From a virus (Duplodnaviria > Caudoviricetes), in IMG/VR virus record IMGVR_UViG_3300049988_000124, positions 224,001 through 288,000 of that record: a DNA stretch of 64,000 bases; one strand, written 5' to 3'. This document shows, piece by piece, positions 52,577 to 62,880 of the stretch. Position 1 is the first letter of the stretch. Every line of letters starts with the position of its first letter. Position numbers and translations under genes: made by a program. The notes beneath the pieces are model-generated. The model saw only the letters and a program-made list of their open reading frames with translations, ran no database searches and was not told the origin of the DNA.

Positions 52577-53083
52577 CTAGACGCGTCGTGGTTCAACAGG
52601 CTCAGTGCTTTGATCTTGATACTTGCCTTCGTACTGGGCGGGTTCGGTGACCTCGTGAAAGACGGCCTGAGCAATGCCGCATCCGGCCGGAAGGTGGAGT
52701 TCACCCTCACCATGAAAGACGAGCTCGAGGGTCAGACCACCTCGCCAACCAGGCTCGAGTACTGTGTTGAAAACAGACAAACCATACCGTGCCCACGTGC
52801 TCTTGTCGTGAACGATCCCCATCAGATTAATAGGGATCTGAAACACATCCACTGCTGAGGCAAGCGTGAAACGACCGGGCTTCTCGACCCCGTCGACGAC
52901 CACGACGCGCTTGGTGAGAAGACCAAAGAACCAGCGTTTGGTGGTGAACCTGACGTCTTGGCGCAAGCGAAGATCATAACCCACTTCTGCTAGACCATGA
53001 GATACGCCGTGACGGCGAACCTTTTCTGCTAGCATGTCCTTGATGGGAGCAAGTTCCAGTAGCTTTTTCCCATTGATAACCAT
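52577..53083 (-). CDS. dcd: dCTP deaminase (trimeric dUTPase superfamily)
   Basis: GYDLRL, FTLASA, IPINLMGIVHDKSTWARYGL, TVLEPGWRGGLTLEL, IAQAVF and YEGKYQDQ. Confidence 0.88.
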   Translation of the reverse strand: MVINGKKLLELAPIKDMLAEKVRRHGVSHGLAEVGYDLRLRQDVRFTTKRWFFGLLTKRVVVVDGVEKPGRFTLASAVDVFQIPINLMGIVHDKSTWARYGLSVFNTVLEPGWRGGLTLELVFHGEGELHLPAGCGIAQAVFHEVTEPAQYEGKYQDQSTEPVEPRRV

Positions 53084-53195
53084 GTGCTGCCTCCCTTTAT
53101 AGGCGATCGATCTCATATACTAGCACGAAAGAGTGGCGATATTATTGACCCCATAGGCAATAGCCGAACTTATCTTAGAAAAGGATTATCCTGTC

Positions 53196-54617
53196 ATGGC
53201 CAGTGGTGCAACCAACGCGACCATTGAGGGCTTTGTTACAGATCTGGCATTCACGGATCAGACCAAGAATGTTAGCGACCTGTTTCCAGGTGGTACGGCC
53301 AATGTCGCCGAGCTCTCCTCCAATGCACTCTCCTATTTCGGCGCACCTGCCGCTGTGGTTGATAAGCGCCCAGCCTCTGAGCGCTTGGTCAACTGGGCTG
53401 CCCAGACGAGCTCACGCATCGTCGTCGATGAGGAAGTCTTCTCCTCGTTCATGGGTACGATGGCAACCCTTCCGGTCGCCACGATCAGCAAGCTCTTTGC
53501 AATCACCGACAAGCTCCTCTTTAACTACCTTCCCAGCGAGTCGCACGCAACCGTCGAGACGTTCCTGACGACCAACGCTGCCACCAAGGACATCTACGTC
53601 CCTGGTACCTTCAGCGTGTCCTCGCGGATCGTGTCTGACTCGGTCTACGTGGACGGCGCTCCTGTAAAGTCTGTGTCGGTTCCCTCCTACGCAGCCTTTG
53701 ACATCACTGTTCCCTCAGGGGCCACCACCAAGACCTATCAGCTGAAGCTCTACGCTGGTATTGAGGCATTCCTCACAAGCTACAGCCAGTCGATTATCGC
53801 CGAGGTCATTCCGCCGCTTCCCTACGACAAGCTCTTTGGTGAGTCACTGCGGACGGCAACGGACAACATCTTCACAACGGCATCCCTCACAGCGCAGCTC
53901 AGCTACAACAACATCCAGGCCCGACTGAAGAACACTTCTGTCTCTGGTATGTTCGAGTTCCGTGCTGTTCTCGCTGACACCAACAACACACTGGGCGTTC
54001 CCTTTAACATTCTCTACAAGGGTCGTGTTCCTACCCTCTTTGAGATTCGTACCGCCATCAAGCAACGACTCCTCGATAGTGGGGTAAGTGATGAGGCAGG
54101 GTGGAAGAAGCGTATCCCAGGCGTGTTCGTCTCTGGTCGTTTCTACGTGGTACCACTCTGGGACAAGACGTTCTCGAAGCCTGATCAGCAGATCTTCCCC
54201 AACGTGCTTCGCTTCGATGACGTTGCCAAGACTGCCGATAAGATCCTCTCCACGGTAGGCTACGCTGACATCACCGAGTTCATGGACGTGATCACGGCCT
54301 ATTACAACCGGATGTCGGCTGCAGTGGTGCCTGATCTCTCGGGCGTGGTGGACATCAAGCGCTTGAGTGAGATCATTCCTGACTACCAGAGCTACTCGGT
54401 CAGTGATGCTGAGTTTGCCTACATGCAGGACAACACCAAGGCTTTCGTGCGCGAGCTCAATCAGGTTCTGGCGATCGCCACAGAGGGGTCAACGTCGTCC
54501 GTCTATGGTCCCAACACCGAGGGGCTCTTGAGCTTCTACAGCTTCACGGCTGGCACCTACGAGGTGTGCGTGATTACCAGGTCGTCTTACGAGACCATCT
54601 TGGAGAGTGAGCAATGA
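53196..54617 (+). CDS. Probable virion structural protein
   Basis: 473 aa, first gene of a co-directional highly codon-biased block. Pattern recalls conserved phiKZ-like virion proteins (inference). Confidence 0.65.
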   Translation: MASGATNATIEGFVTDLAFTDQTKNVSDLFPGGTANVAELSSNALSYFGAPAAVVDKRPASERLVNWAAQTSSRIVVDEEVFSSFMGTMATLPVATISKLFAITDKLLFNYLPSESHATVETFLTTNAATKDIYVPGTFSVSSRIVSDSVYVDGAPVKSVSVPSYAAFDITVPSGATTKTYQLKLYAGIEAFLTSYSQSIIAEVIPPLPYDKLFGESLRTATDNIFTTASLTAQLSYNNIQARLKNTSVSGMFEFRAVLADTNNTLGVPFNILYKGRVPTLFEIRTAIKQRLLDSGVSDEAGWKKRIPGVFVSGRFYVVPLWDKTFSKPDQQIFPNVLRFDDVAKTADKILSTVGYADITEFMDVITAYYNRMSAAVVPDLSGVVDIKRLSEIIPDYQSYSVSDAEFAYMQDNTKAFVRELNQVLAIATEGSTSSVYGPNTEGLLSFYSFTAGTYEVCVITRSSYETILESEQ

Positions 54618-55228
54618 TCCCAGACGTCGGTAGTACGGCTCTTTTCACATTCAAGGCAAAGTTCGATACACTAAACGGTGTTTACCGTATTCGAGCCGAG
54701 ACGACGTTCCGGGACGCGGTTGCGGCTGGGGTAGACTTTGTTGCTAATCTGTACAACCCAGCCGGGTTGAACACCAATGATTTCAACGCAGACTTCCCCA
54801 GCTACACGAGCGACAAGGTGGTGATGCTGGAGTCAGTAAAAGATTCCAGCGTTGTCTATCAGGTTCCTGAGTCGGCGTTTCTGAATGTTCCTGATCCCAC
54901 CATTCAGGAATACTTCCCGCTCATCGCGGTGATTAACTTGGGCGTTCACCAGAATACCCAGGCAATCTTTCCGCTCCTTGACCAGATCAAGGATATCGTT
55001 CAGGCGTCCTTGGGTGTCACAGACCCGCTCAACATCGTAACCAATCCGGACAACAAGGTCTATCTGACCGATGCCGACTATGAGCAGCTAAAGCTGGTCA
55101 GGGAAGCGAACATCCGCAAGCTCAAGCCGCTGAGTGTTCAGCTCGCTGAGGCAAACCGGGACATCGTGCTCCTGCAAACCAAACTGGCCCTCTACGAGAA
55201 GCGCATTATCACCCAGGCAGGCGGTTAA
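54614..55228 (+). CDS. Probable virion structural protein
   Basis: 204 aa with an ATGA overlap and a C-terminal coiled coil. Confidence 0.65.
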   Translation: MIPDVGSTALFTFKAKFDTLNGVYRIRAETTFRDAVAAGVDFVANLYNPAGLNTNDFNADFPSYTSDKVVMLESVKDSSVVYQVPESAFLNVPDPTIQEYFPLIAVINLGVHQNTQAIFPLLDQIKDIVQASLGVTDPLNIVTNPDNKVYLTDADYEQLKLVREANIRKLKPLSVQLAEANRDIVLLQTKLALYEKRIITQAGG

Positions 55229-55259
55229 GGCGCGGCGCGGATAACACAAGGATTACTTC

Positions 55260-57203
55260 ATGTCGACAACCTATAGTCTACCCGACTTGACGGGCAAGAA
55301 TCCCCAATACGCTCAAGTCAATCTTCCTTTCTACATCTACGAGAACAACATCAAGCTTCGGTTTGAGAACTCCCCTGTTTTCGTCTCCTCGATCCGCATC
55401 GTTCTGACCGATGGTTCCTACGCTGTTCTTCAGAAGGACGTTCACTGGCGCATCGAGCCCAGCGACATCGACCAGACCGCCATGTCCAAGGCGTTCCTCG
55501 AGAACAATGATTTCAAGGAAGTGCTCGCGCGCTCGGTAACCTTTATCTCACCCACCATCGTGGGTAAGCAGGTTGCCGTCAACGTGCAGCAGTTCTACGA
55601 CACGGTTCCAGGGCGCTTCTTCGATGATGGTGCACCGCTTGAGGTAACCCCTGGTCTCATTCGTAGCCTGATCTCAGGTTTGGCTGATGTGCGCCAGCAG
55701 GTCGCCAAGGTTCGCTCACCCGTCACCCCGACCGATACTGCGCCTGCGCTTCTTGCTTTTGATATCAACAAGGAGTTCAGCGACAACGAGATCACTGGTG
55801 AGAAGATCACCATTAACACCGTTGCCGGTGGTAAGATCGTCCGCCTGACCCAGGGTGCATTCTTCGCTAGTGGTTTGGTCGTCAAGAAGGCAGACGGGAC
55901 GCTTCTTAGTAAGACCACCGACTATCTGCCGGTCATGGTATCCCCGCTCACCAAGCAGACCACGAGCAAGGATGGTATCTACCAGTACCTCCTGATTCGC
56001 ACTCCCATCACTGGTGATCTCTTCTTCGATTACCACGCCGTGGGTGGTGAGGTTCAGCAGGATGATATCAGCTCTCTTTACGAGCTCGCGATCAGCCTGA
56101 AGACGTTCCTCAACGAGCAGATCTTCGTTACCGCCGACACCATTTCCGAGACCGCTGCATTCCGCGCGTTGCACGCTCGCACACAGATTCTGGAGACCGA
56201 AATGCGCAATCTACTCTCAGGTCCGCCGAGCTACGGTGATGCCACCGCGCATCAGGTCGTACGGCGTCCTATTGCTGCCCCCGATGCCAAGTTCCACTGG
56301 TATTCCATTGCCAGCCTGTTCAAGGTTCAGGGCTCAACCGACGTTGTTCTCACCGACCAGTTCAAGGGCCGCGTGTTCTTCCCCGGTGCCAAGGTCGCGC
56401 TGTCGTTCACGGTTGATGTGAACTTCAACCAGACCCGCAACCCGGTGACGATCACCAGCTCTAACCTGGTCTTCAATCCGCTCTACTCACTCTTTGCTGA
56501 CATCGATGTCTCAGCGCCGGTGTACCCGATGCTGCGCGTTGTCAACAACAAGATCTCCGATGGTCTGTCAGGGGCAGTACTCCAGGTCGGTATCCCGCTT
56601 CTTGCCAATAGCGATCAGATGATCGTTGAGGATATGTCCACCGTTGAGTCATGCTGGCTCCTCGATAAGACAGGTGCTGTTCCGGCTAACCCAACCCCTG
56701 CGGTCAATACGCCCAAGGACAGCGGCTTCGTTCTTCCCGATGGCCTGGCGGTCTGGTCGGACGTCTCATCGTCCTCGCAGCGCTTCGTGCATATCCCGAA
56801 CTACCGTCAGGGCTACCTGATGTACTCAGGCTCCACGGTTCAGCTCTCGCAGCTTAATTACGGTGCCAATGCAGAGAAGCCAACGACGGCGGGTAACTCC
56901 ACCAAGAACCTGTTCAACATCGTTCTGCCGACCTACGTTCCCCAGACGCTCCTGAGCTCGATCCTGGTGACGATGGCATCACCTGATGCTACTTCGATCT
57001 ACGACATCGACATTCCCCTGGCGCTCTTGAACAACGGTACTCGTTTTGGTAAGGTTAGCTTTACTGACACGAACGGTAAGCGCATGACGATGAGTGCAAC
57101 CGTGGCCCAGGACTCCAGCGGTGCCATCACCGTGTCGCTCAACACGACGGATACCCCCGGCACGATCATCGACATCGTACGCTACATTCGAGCAAAGGTG
57201 TAA
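55260..57203 (+). CDS. Probable virion structural (baseplate/tail-associated) protein
   Basis: 647 aa, beta-rich, in the same operon. Confidence 0.65.
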   Translation: MSTTYSLPDLTGKNPQYAQVNLPFYIYENNIKLRFENSPVFVSSIRIVLTDGSYAVLQKDVHWRIEPSDIDQTAMSKAFLENNDFKEVLARSVTFISPTIVGKQVAVNVQQFYDTVPGRFFDDGAPLEVTPGLIRSLISGLADVRQQVAKVRSPVTPTDTAPALLAFDINKEFSDNEITGEKITINTVAGGKIVRLTQGAFFASGLVVKKADGTLLSKTTDYLPVMVSPLTKQTTSKDGIYQYLLIRTPITGDLFFDYHAVGGEVQQDDISSLYELAISLKTFLNEQIFVTADTISETAAFRALHARTQILETEMRNLLSGPPSYGDATAHQVVRRPIAAPDAKFHWYSIASLFKVQGSTDVVLTDQFKGRVFFPGAKVALSFTVDVNFNQTRNPVTITSSNLVFNPLYSLFADIDVSAPVYPMLRVVNNKISDGLSGAVLQVGIPLLANSDQMIVEDMSTVESCWLLDKTGAVPANPTPAVNTPKDSGFVLPDGLAVWSDVSSSSQRFVHIPNYRQGYLMYSGSTVQLSQLNYGANAEKPTTAGNSTKNLFNIVLPTYVPQTLLSSILVTMASPDATSIYDIDIPLALLNNGTRFGKVSFTDTNGKRMTMSATVAQDSSGAITVSLNTTDTPGTIIDIVRYIRAKV

Positions 57204-57210
57204 ACGCACC

Positions 57211-57435
57211 ATGTTCTTTGTCCGCATCGATGCTGTTGACACCAGAAACGTTACCGGCTTTGAGTGTGGGACCAGGGCCGAGTTCGATAAGCGCTGGGGC
57301 GGTAACCCACTATGGGCTTTCGTAGACTCAGACGTCGTGCGAGCTGGTATCAAGGTCAAGGAGTTTCTCCTAACCCCGACCAACTACACGGTAAATACCC
57401 GAGGGATCTTGAAGAAGAAACCAAAGGTCGTTTAG
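57211..57435 (+). CDS. Small hypothetical protein
   Basis: 74 aa from the ATG at 57211, ending before a terminator. Confidence 0.6.
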   Translation: MFFVRIDAVDTRNVTGFECGTRAEFDKRWGGNPLWAFVDSDVVRAGIKVKEFLLTPTNYTVNTRGILKKKPKVV

Positions 57436-57437
57436 CG

Positions 57438-57487
57438 ACAAAAAAGAAACAGTAGTGTAAGAGGGAGGCAATCGCCTCCCTCTTACA
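57438..57487. terminator. Bidirectional hairpin terminator with ACAAAAAAGAAAC element
   Basis: tgtaagagggaggc/gcctccctcttaca at 57456-57487. Motif at 57438-57450. Confidence 0.8.
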
Positions 57488-58508
57488 TCAGTTGTGAAAA
57501 AGATCGTGTGACGTCTGCTTTGTTCAAAGCGTAGTGATAGAAGATGTCGTGAATCTCGTACCGCCGATGGTGAACTTCACGAACAATGGCAGCGGCCTCT
57601 ACTGGATGGAAGTCCAAACCAATAAGGGTGCGCTGATTGGTTAGTATAGCAGCGAACGATACCGCCGGATCGTTAAGTGCCATGTCCATCTCTGCGGCCA
57701 TCAATCGGTCAAAGAAGATCGGCTTGAGTGCTTCAATACCAATCGACCAAAGGAAGGCCTGAATAAGTCTGTTCTGCGAGATCGAGTAATAGTCCCGCCG
57801 ATTAATGGTCTCTGTCATCCACGCGTAGAAACGCTGTGCCCCTGCGATCCCCATTTGGACCATGTAGTTGTTGGAAGGGAGACTATCCAAGAACTGAGCA
57901 AAGAGCGGCTCCACTAGGAAGGTCGCAATATTGGGTAGGTCCATGCCGCGCCGCAAGAGAAGCTCTTCTACCGAGCCACCTGGTACACCCCAGAACAAGC
58001 CCTGAGTCACGCACATGAAAGGTTGGGCATAACTGGTTTGCTCGTCGGGACCAAAGCCGATCTCAATCAACTCACCACTACTGGTGACTGATTCGAAGTC
58101 GAAGAACTCTGTGTTACCCAACCGGTCCAGTCGTGCAGCCAGTGTCATGGGGCAGTTTAGATTCGGGCAGTGGATATCGAACCCGTCCGACACCAACGGT
58201 GTTCCGCAGCGACAAACAGCGTCACGGTTATGTGTGTCGGACAGGTTCTGATCGAAGTCGCCGTCGAAGACAACAAAACCACCATTATGGAGTAAATTTT
58301 CTGCCAATATCCCTCGGTGGACAACAACCTTGTCCATGGGTGATACCGTAGCGAGTGCTAGTTTGGTCTCCGGAGGCATCCACGCCGGACTGATCCTGTA
58401 AAGAGAGTTGATGGTCTCATCACTGGCTCTGGTGGTGACGTAGAAGGATTTCTTGCTGGCGCAGTCGTTTCGCTCTATGACATCGAGTACTTCAATAACG
58501 TCAGCCAT
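57483..58508 (-). CDS. Zn-finger protein resembling the non-catalytic OB/Zn-finger region of NAD-dependent ligases
   Basis: ATG at 58508 with RBS gaggagg. CRCGTPL...G...HCPNLNCP. Confidence 0.55.
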   Translation of the reverse strand: MADVIEVLDVIERNDCASKKSFYVTTRASDETINSLYRISPAWMPPETKLALATVSPMDKVVVHRGILAENLLHNGGFVVFDGDFDQNLSDTHNRDAVCRCGTPLVSDGFDIHCPNLNCPMTLAARLDRLGNTEFFDFESVTSSGELIEIGFGPDEQTSYAQPFMCVTQGLFWGVPGGSVEELLLRRGMDLPNIATFLVEPLFAQFLDSLPSNNYMVQMGIAGAQRFYAWMTETINRRDYYSISQNRLIQAFLWSIGIEALKPIFFDRLMAAEMDMALNDPAVSFAAILTNQRTLIGLDFHPVEAAAIVREVHHRRYEIHDIFYHYALNKADVTRSFSQLM

Positions 58509-59187
58509 TCCTACCTCCTCGGTAGTGGATTTCATCGACGAGTTTAGACAGATCGTAGAAATTGTCAGCAGCACGAGCAAGTGACTTGCTCATCCCCTTC
58601 CAATTCTCACCACTAATCCCCAGTACCGATACCCGTCGAATAGGATCCTCCTGAAGCTCGTGAACGAGCGGCACGAAGTCCCCGTCGCAGGTACCGATAA
58701 TCACGTGCGTGAATCCATGTGAGAGTTTCATGGCCGAGATTGCGATCTCGATATCCATGTTACCCTTCATGACCTGTCGACCGTCATCACCGGTGTAGTT
58801 GATCAGGTCACGGTTGATGATGTCGTACCCTACATCGTTCATGTACTTGAGCCAGTCGAGTGCTTCTGGATCATCACGGTCCACTGCACTGAAGGCGGCA
58901 GCGTAGCGAAGATCACACCTGGCTCTTAGGATGTTGATGAGGCGAAGATAGTCGATACGAAAGTTGTTGTCGCGCGACCGACGGTATAGATTGTTGATGT
59001 CGAGTAAGAGGGCCGTCGGCTCGTGGAGCTTCAGGCCCGGAAGGGCTTCATTGATTGCTAGTTCGGAGTGCACGGTGCGCACGACGGCCTGGCTAACATG
59101 AGCGGGTGGGGTGATTTCTACGATCTCGCGACCTGGTGCCTCGAACGATGCATCGGGTGGCTCGTGAAGAGCGTGATCCGTATTCAT
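58501..59187 (-). CDS. NYN-domain (LabA/DUF88) PIN-like ribonuclease
   Basis: LLLDINNLY, KGNMDIEIAI, IGTCDGDFVPLV, VSVLG and LARAADNFYDL. Confidence 0.9.
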   Translation of the reverse strand: MNTDHALHEPPDASFEAPGREIVEITPPAHVSQAVVRTVHSELAINEALPGLKLHEPTALLLDINNLYRRSRDNNFRIDYLRLINILRARCDLRYAAAFSAVDRDDPEALDWLKYMNDVGYDIINRDLINYTGDDGRQVMKGNMDIEIAISAMKLSHGFTHVIIGTCDGDFVPLVHELQEDPIRRVSVLGISGENWKGMSKSLARAADNFYDLSKLVDEIHYRGGRNG

Positions 59188-59244
59188 AAGCTGCTCCTAA
59201 GTGTAGCTACGCTGAATCTTTCTCCTCTCGTATGAGTTAAGATG

Positions 59245-60750
59245 TCAGATGGTGCGATGCTTGAATGTCTTTGCACGAGACCCCAGCAAAAGCGCGCGCT
59301 TCTGATGCACGCGGGCGTGCGCTGGGATGGACATGAACGACACGTAGCAATACTCCGGTGTGTTGAGCATTTGGGGAGGACCGCGAAGACGCCCAATGAA
59401 CTGAAGGTTGCGTGTCTCAGAGTCAACACTCTCGAACACGAAACACGTCCTTAGGCCCTTGATGTCACGACCTGTTCCACTACTACCTGGAGTGGACAAG
59501 ATCATGTCATATTCCTTTAGCACCGACTCAGGAACACCTGAGTAGAATGCAATCACCTTCTTATCGGGAAACTGTCTGGCAAAGATGTTCACCAGATGGT
59601 CACACAATTTGGTGGAGGAACACAAGAACAAGAACTTCTCGCCTGGTTGGGCGATGTTGATGTAATGTTCGCGGATGATGGGGATGAAGGCGTCTTGTAC
59701 TAGATTATCCAGTATCTTACGACCACGGTTCAGTAGCCACTTCTCGAAGATCTGTTGGCTATAGCCTCTAGGACTCTGATAAGCGAAGGTCTGGATAAAT
59801 GGACTACGATATTGATACGCGGTCACAGCCACGTACTTCTCGTAGTCTCCCCCATAGAACTGAACCTCTCGGGGTACAAATTTATCAAATACAGACTTGA
59901 CGAAAGGATCACTCGCCAAGAAGGTGGCGGTGATAGGAATGAAGAGAGCGGGATTGAGCATGATCCCGATCAGGAAGTTCGTGTAGAAATGCTCGTGGTA
60001 CTCATCGGTACCAACGATACCGATCCCCAGCTGCTCACACATCAACGACGGATGCGGGAGATGTTGATAGGTGGGACCATATTCGATGTAATTGCGAATG
60101 GTCTTAGCCGAGGCTAGGATGACCTTGGGAAAGATCGTCTTGTCAATCTGCGTGAACAACTTCGTGAGCGAGGCAACGCCTGCCACGATATAGATGTCGT
60201 CGGGATCAACAGTGGTATAGGCACCGAACTCGCGCACCCACTGATCAAGCCGTGAGGTCATGGTCGTGAGTGAGCGAACACCTAGCTTTTGTAGAGACCA
60301 GATATAGGCAACGGTTTTACCCTTACCTGTCTGGAGCGCCACTGCTCGCTGTGACCCGCCTTCCTCCTTCGTCAAGAACTCCACGCAACCACGCTGTGCA
60401 TCGTTCTTATAGTCGATGTGGGGAAGCATCAAGAACTCGACGTCCTTGCCTTTCTCCGCAGGCCTGACCTTGTTGGTCCACGTGACGTGATTGGCCTTCA
60501 GGAAGTCCTGGAAACCCTCCAAGTCATAGCGCGGGAAGTAGCAGGTCTCGTGATCGATGTCGAAGTAGAAATACTCTCCTACCACGACCCGGTACCCGAG
60601 CTGCTGGTCGTATTGAATGTTCTTGAAACGCTGAACGTAGTTACTGATGTAGATGTGGGGAGCATCTAAGAGCTCCCCACGCTTATTCACCTTAACGCTG
60701 AACCCTAAGGTCGTCAGCGTAATTGCCACTGTTGCCATGATCCTCATCAC
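59245..60750 (-). CDS. SF2 helicase (phiKZ gp75-like)
   Basis: LQTGKGKT, TDEYHE, ITAT, STPGSSGTGRDI and QFIGRLR. Lies directly after the beta-prime-like gene. Confidence 0.88.
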   Translation of the reverse strand: MMRIMATVAITLTTLGFSVKVNKRGELLDAPHIYISNYVQRFKNIQYDQQLGYRVVVGEYFYFDIDHETCYFPRYDLEGFQDFLKANHVTWTNKVRPAEKGKDVEFLMLPHIDYKNDAQRGCVEFLTKEEGGSQRAVALQTGKGKTVAYIWSLQKLGVRSLTTMTSRLDQWVREFGAYTTVDPDDIYIVAGVASLTKLFTQIDKTIFPKVILASAKTIRNYIEYGPTYQHLPHPSLMCEQLGIGIVGTDEYHEHFYTNFLIGIMLNPALFIPITATFLASDPFVKSVFDKFVPREVQFYGGDYEKYVAVTAYQYRSPFIQTFAYQSPRGYSQQIFEKWLLNRGRKILDNLVQDAFIPIIREHYINIAQPGEKFLFLCSSTKLCDHLVNIFARQFPDKKVIAFYSGVPESVLKEYDMILSTPGSSGTGRDIKGLRTCFVFESVDSETRNLQFIGRLRGPPQMLNTPEYCYVSFMSIPAHARVHQKRALLLGSRAKTFKHRTI

Positions 60751-60800
60751 CTTTCTGGTTAGTCAGTGGTAAGAAAAACAGCAGGTGCTAGTTTAACCAC

Positions 60801-62798
60801 TTAATCGATGGGTTCCATCTGGACCGGTGAACCTGTCACCACGGGCCACACATCGTCACGACTGATGATATCGTGATACCCCATAAATTCGTCCATGATT
60901 CCGTGCAACTTTGGAATCATATACGTTGCTGGGTTGTTCGTCGCCTGATCGATATTCTGATAAGCGAGAAGCGCACCAATGGAGCGCATCGGAATGATGC
61001 GGTTAAGGGAGCCGAACATGACATTGTCAGGATCGGTCACGACGGGAACGTGGAAGTCATTGCGACTGGTGATCAAGCATGAGCGCACCAGGCATGACAT
61101 GTGGGTGACGTGGGTTGGAACCTTGCCCTCTTCCCAGACCAGGCGGCTGAGCTGCGCCATGAAGTGGTTGAGGGACTTGTAAGTCTCCACCTTCTTGGTG
61201 ATGAGATCCGTGAAGTTCTTCACGAACCGGCGAATGCTGTTGTTCACCACCGTGCACTGCATGACCGGCAGATTGGGGTCGATGTTGCGCAAGACCAACC
61301 AGTCGAGACCATCCTGCTTGATGATGTCTTTGCGACTGTTCTTCAGAAGATTCAAGATCTCCGAGGAGAGATGGGGATAGTTGTTGGAATCCCCCTTCAT
61401 CGCGGTCCTGGCCGTTACCCTGGTGATCGTCCCATCGGGTTTCAAGTGACCCACCGACATGTACTTGATCTCGGAGAAATATGCTCCGTGGAGCTCACCC
61501 TCGTCGACGATATACTTGAGGTCGTTGATCCTCGAGATATCACCTGGCTGGAAGCCGAAGGCGAGTGTCCCGATCGTCTTTCTAACCGCAGGCACCAGGT
61601 AGATGTCATTGGTCACCGAGTGCAGGAGGTTCTGCAGCTCGTCAGGGATATTGTACTCGGCTGCATTGGTCGTCGTCAGATGCTTGGTCGAGAGCACCTG
61701 CTGTGCAACAGGAGCACCAGTGTTGACGTTTGCCAGGAAGCCGACGTTGCCGTTCTTGGAGAACGACTTGGTAATCGTACCACCACAAGTCTCGCAATAC
61801 CCATCGGTCCACAGACACATGGGAACATCGCGCATCTTCAAGGTCTTGCCGATTACCTCAGCGAAACGCTCACGCGTCAGCTCGATGAGTTCACCGTTTA
61901 GACCAAAGTAGAACTTACCCAGGTACCGCTCCACCGTACGGTGGTTAGGTGTGTAGGTCATGTAACCAGTGGAGCCACAATCACCCGGATACAGGCGCCA
62001 GCTGGCACTGCTCTGGATGTGGATCTTGCGGTTGTTATACTGGGTCAGCGCCATCTGCGACTTATTGTAGTGCGTCGCCTTCGAGGCCGAGCGGCTCTCC
62101 AGTGCCATGTCGACGATGTCGGTCATGCCCGACAAGAAGCCACCACGGACGGGTCGGCGGAAGAGATGGTCATCGGTATCCGTGCGCGGCCCCGCCGACA
62201 TCACGAACTGAACGAACTGGCCCTCCTTTAGTGCACCGCACAACAGAGGTGCCCGGAAGACATTGACCGGAAGACGCGTGCTCTTCAGGGTCTCGATGAC
62301 CTTGGCTGCCTGCGTCTTGAAGATGTCCTCCATCCGGTTGATGTTACCATCATCGATGTCGCCGTAGTCGATCGTACAGACCGCCCTGGCTTCAGGATGA
62401 CTCAAGGTCTCCGCGATGCCGAAGATGTCCATGGTCTGGACGTGGTCACCCAGATGCGTGTAGCACATATTGTGTGCATTCATCACCGTCTGGATCATGT
62501 CATGACCCAGTTCCTCTCGGGTGTAGCCCATATCCTCCAGCGTCTGACTGATGACGGTCAAGACACGAGCATGCGAGGCGGCACCGTAGATCTCATCGAC
62601 GTGTAGGTGTTTACGACTGATGGGACGCATACGGTTGGTAAGCGGCATGGTGAGAAGAATGTTCAGCAGCATGTCGGAGCCGTAGAGTTCTACGTTACCA
62701 TCGACACATTCGAGAGTGAAAAGATCGTTTGCTCGTTCTATGAAATACGTACGCCAATCTTCGGTGCGAGCTCTTTGTGGATCGTACAGTTCTGACAT
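60801..62798 (-). CDS. Non-virion RNA polymerase beta-prime subunit, C-terminal part (phiKZ gp74-like)
   Basis: GFLSGM...ESRSASKA, DCGST, RDVPMC...GYCETCGG (Zn site), NVGFLA and AQQVLSTKH (trigger-loop-like). Confidence 0.88.
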   Translation of the reverse strand: MSELYDPQRARTEDWRTYFIERANDLFTLECVDGNVELYGSDMLLNILLTMPLTNRMRPISRKHLHVDEIYGAASHARVLTVISQTLEDMGYTREELGHDMIQTVMNAHNMCYTHLGDHVQTMDIFGIAETLSHPEARAVCTIDYGDIDDGNINRMEDIFKTQAAKVIETLKSTRLPVNVFRAPLLCGALKEGQFVQFVMSAGPRTDTDDHLFRRPVRGGFLSGMTDIVDMALESRSASKATHYNKSQMALTQYNNRKIHIQSSASWRLYPGDCGSTGYMTYTPNHRTVERYLGKFYFGLNGELIELTRERFAEVIGKTLKMRDVPMCLWTDGYCETCGGTITKSFSKNGNVGFLANVNTGAPVAQQVLSTKHLTTTNAAEYNIPDELQNLLHSVTNDIYLVPAVRKTIGTLAFGFQPGDISRINDLKYIVDEGELHGAYFSEIKYMSVGHLKPDGTITRVTARTAMKGDSNNYPHLSSEILNLLKNSRKDIIKQDGLDWLVLRNIDPNLPVMQCTVVNNSIRRFVKNFTDLITKKVETYKSLNHFMAQLSRLVWEEGKVPTHVTHMSCLVRSCLITSRNDFHVPVVTDPDNVMFGSLNRIIPMRSIGALLAYQNIDQATNNPATYMIPKLHGIMDEFMGYHDIISRDDVWPVVTGSPVQMEPID

Positions 62799-62880
62799 GG
62801 GTAGGATCCTCCTTTATGTATTCTTACACAATGAGGGGGAAAGCCTATTCTCTCCCCCTCGTGAACGTACTAGCACCGTG

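Noticed and set aside
52571-52858. Plus-strand ORF with a hydrophobic N-terminus after the 52229 gene
   Set aside because: It is antisense to the dCTP deaminase and starts beyond a terminator.
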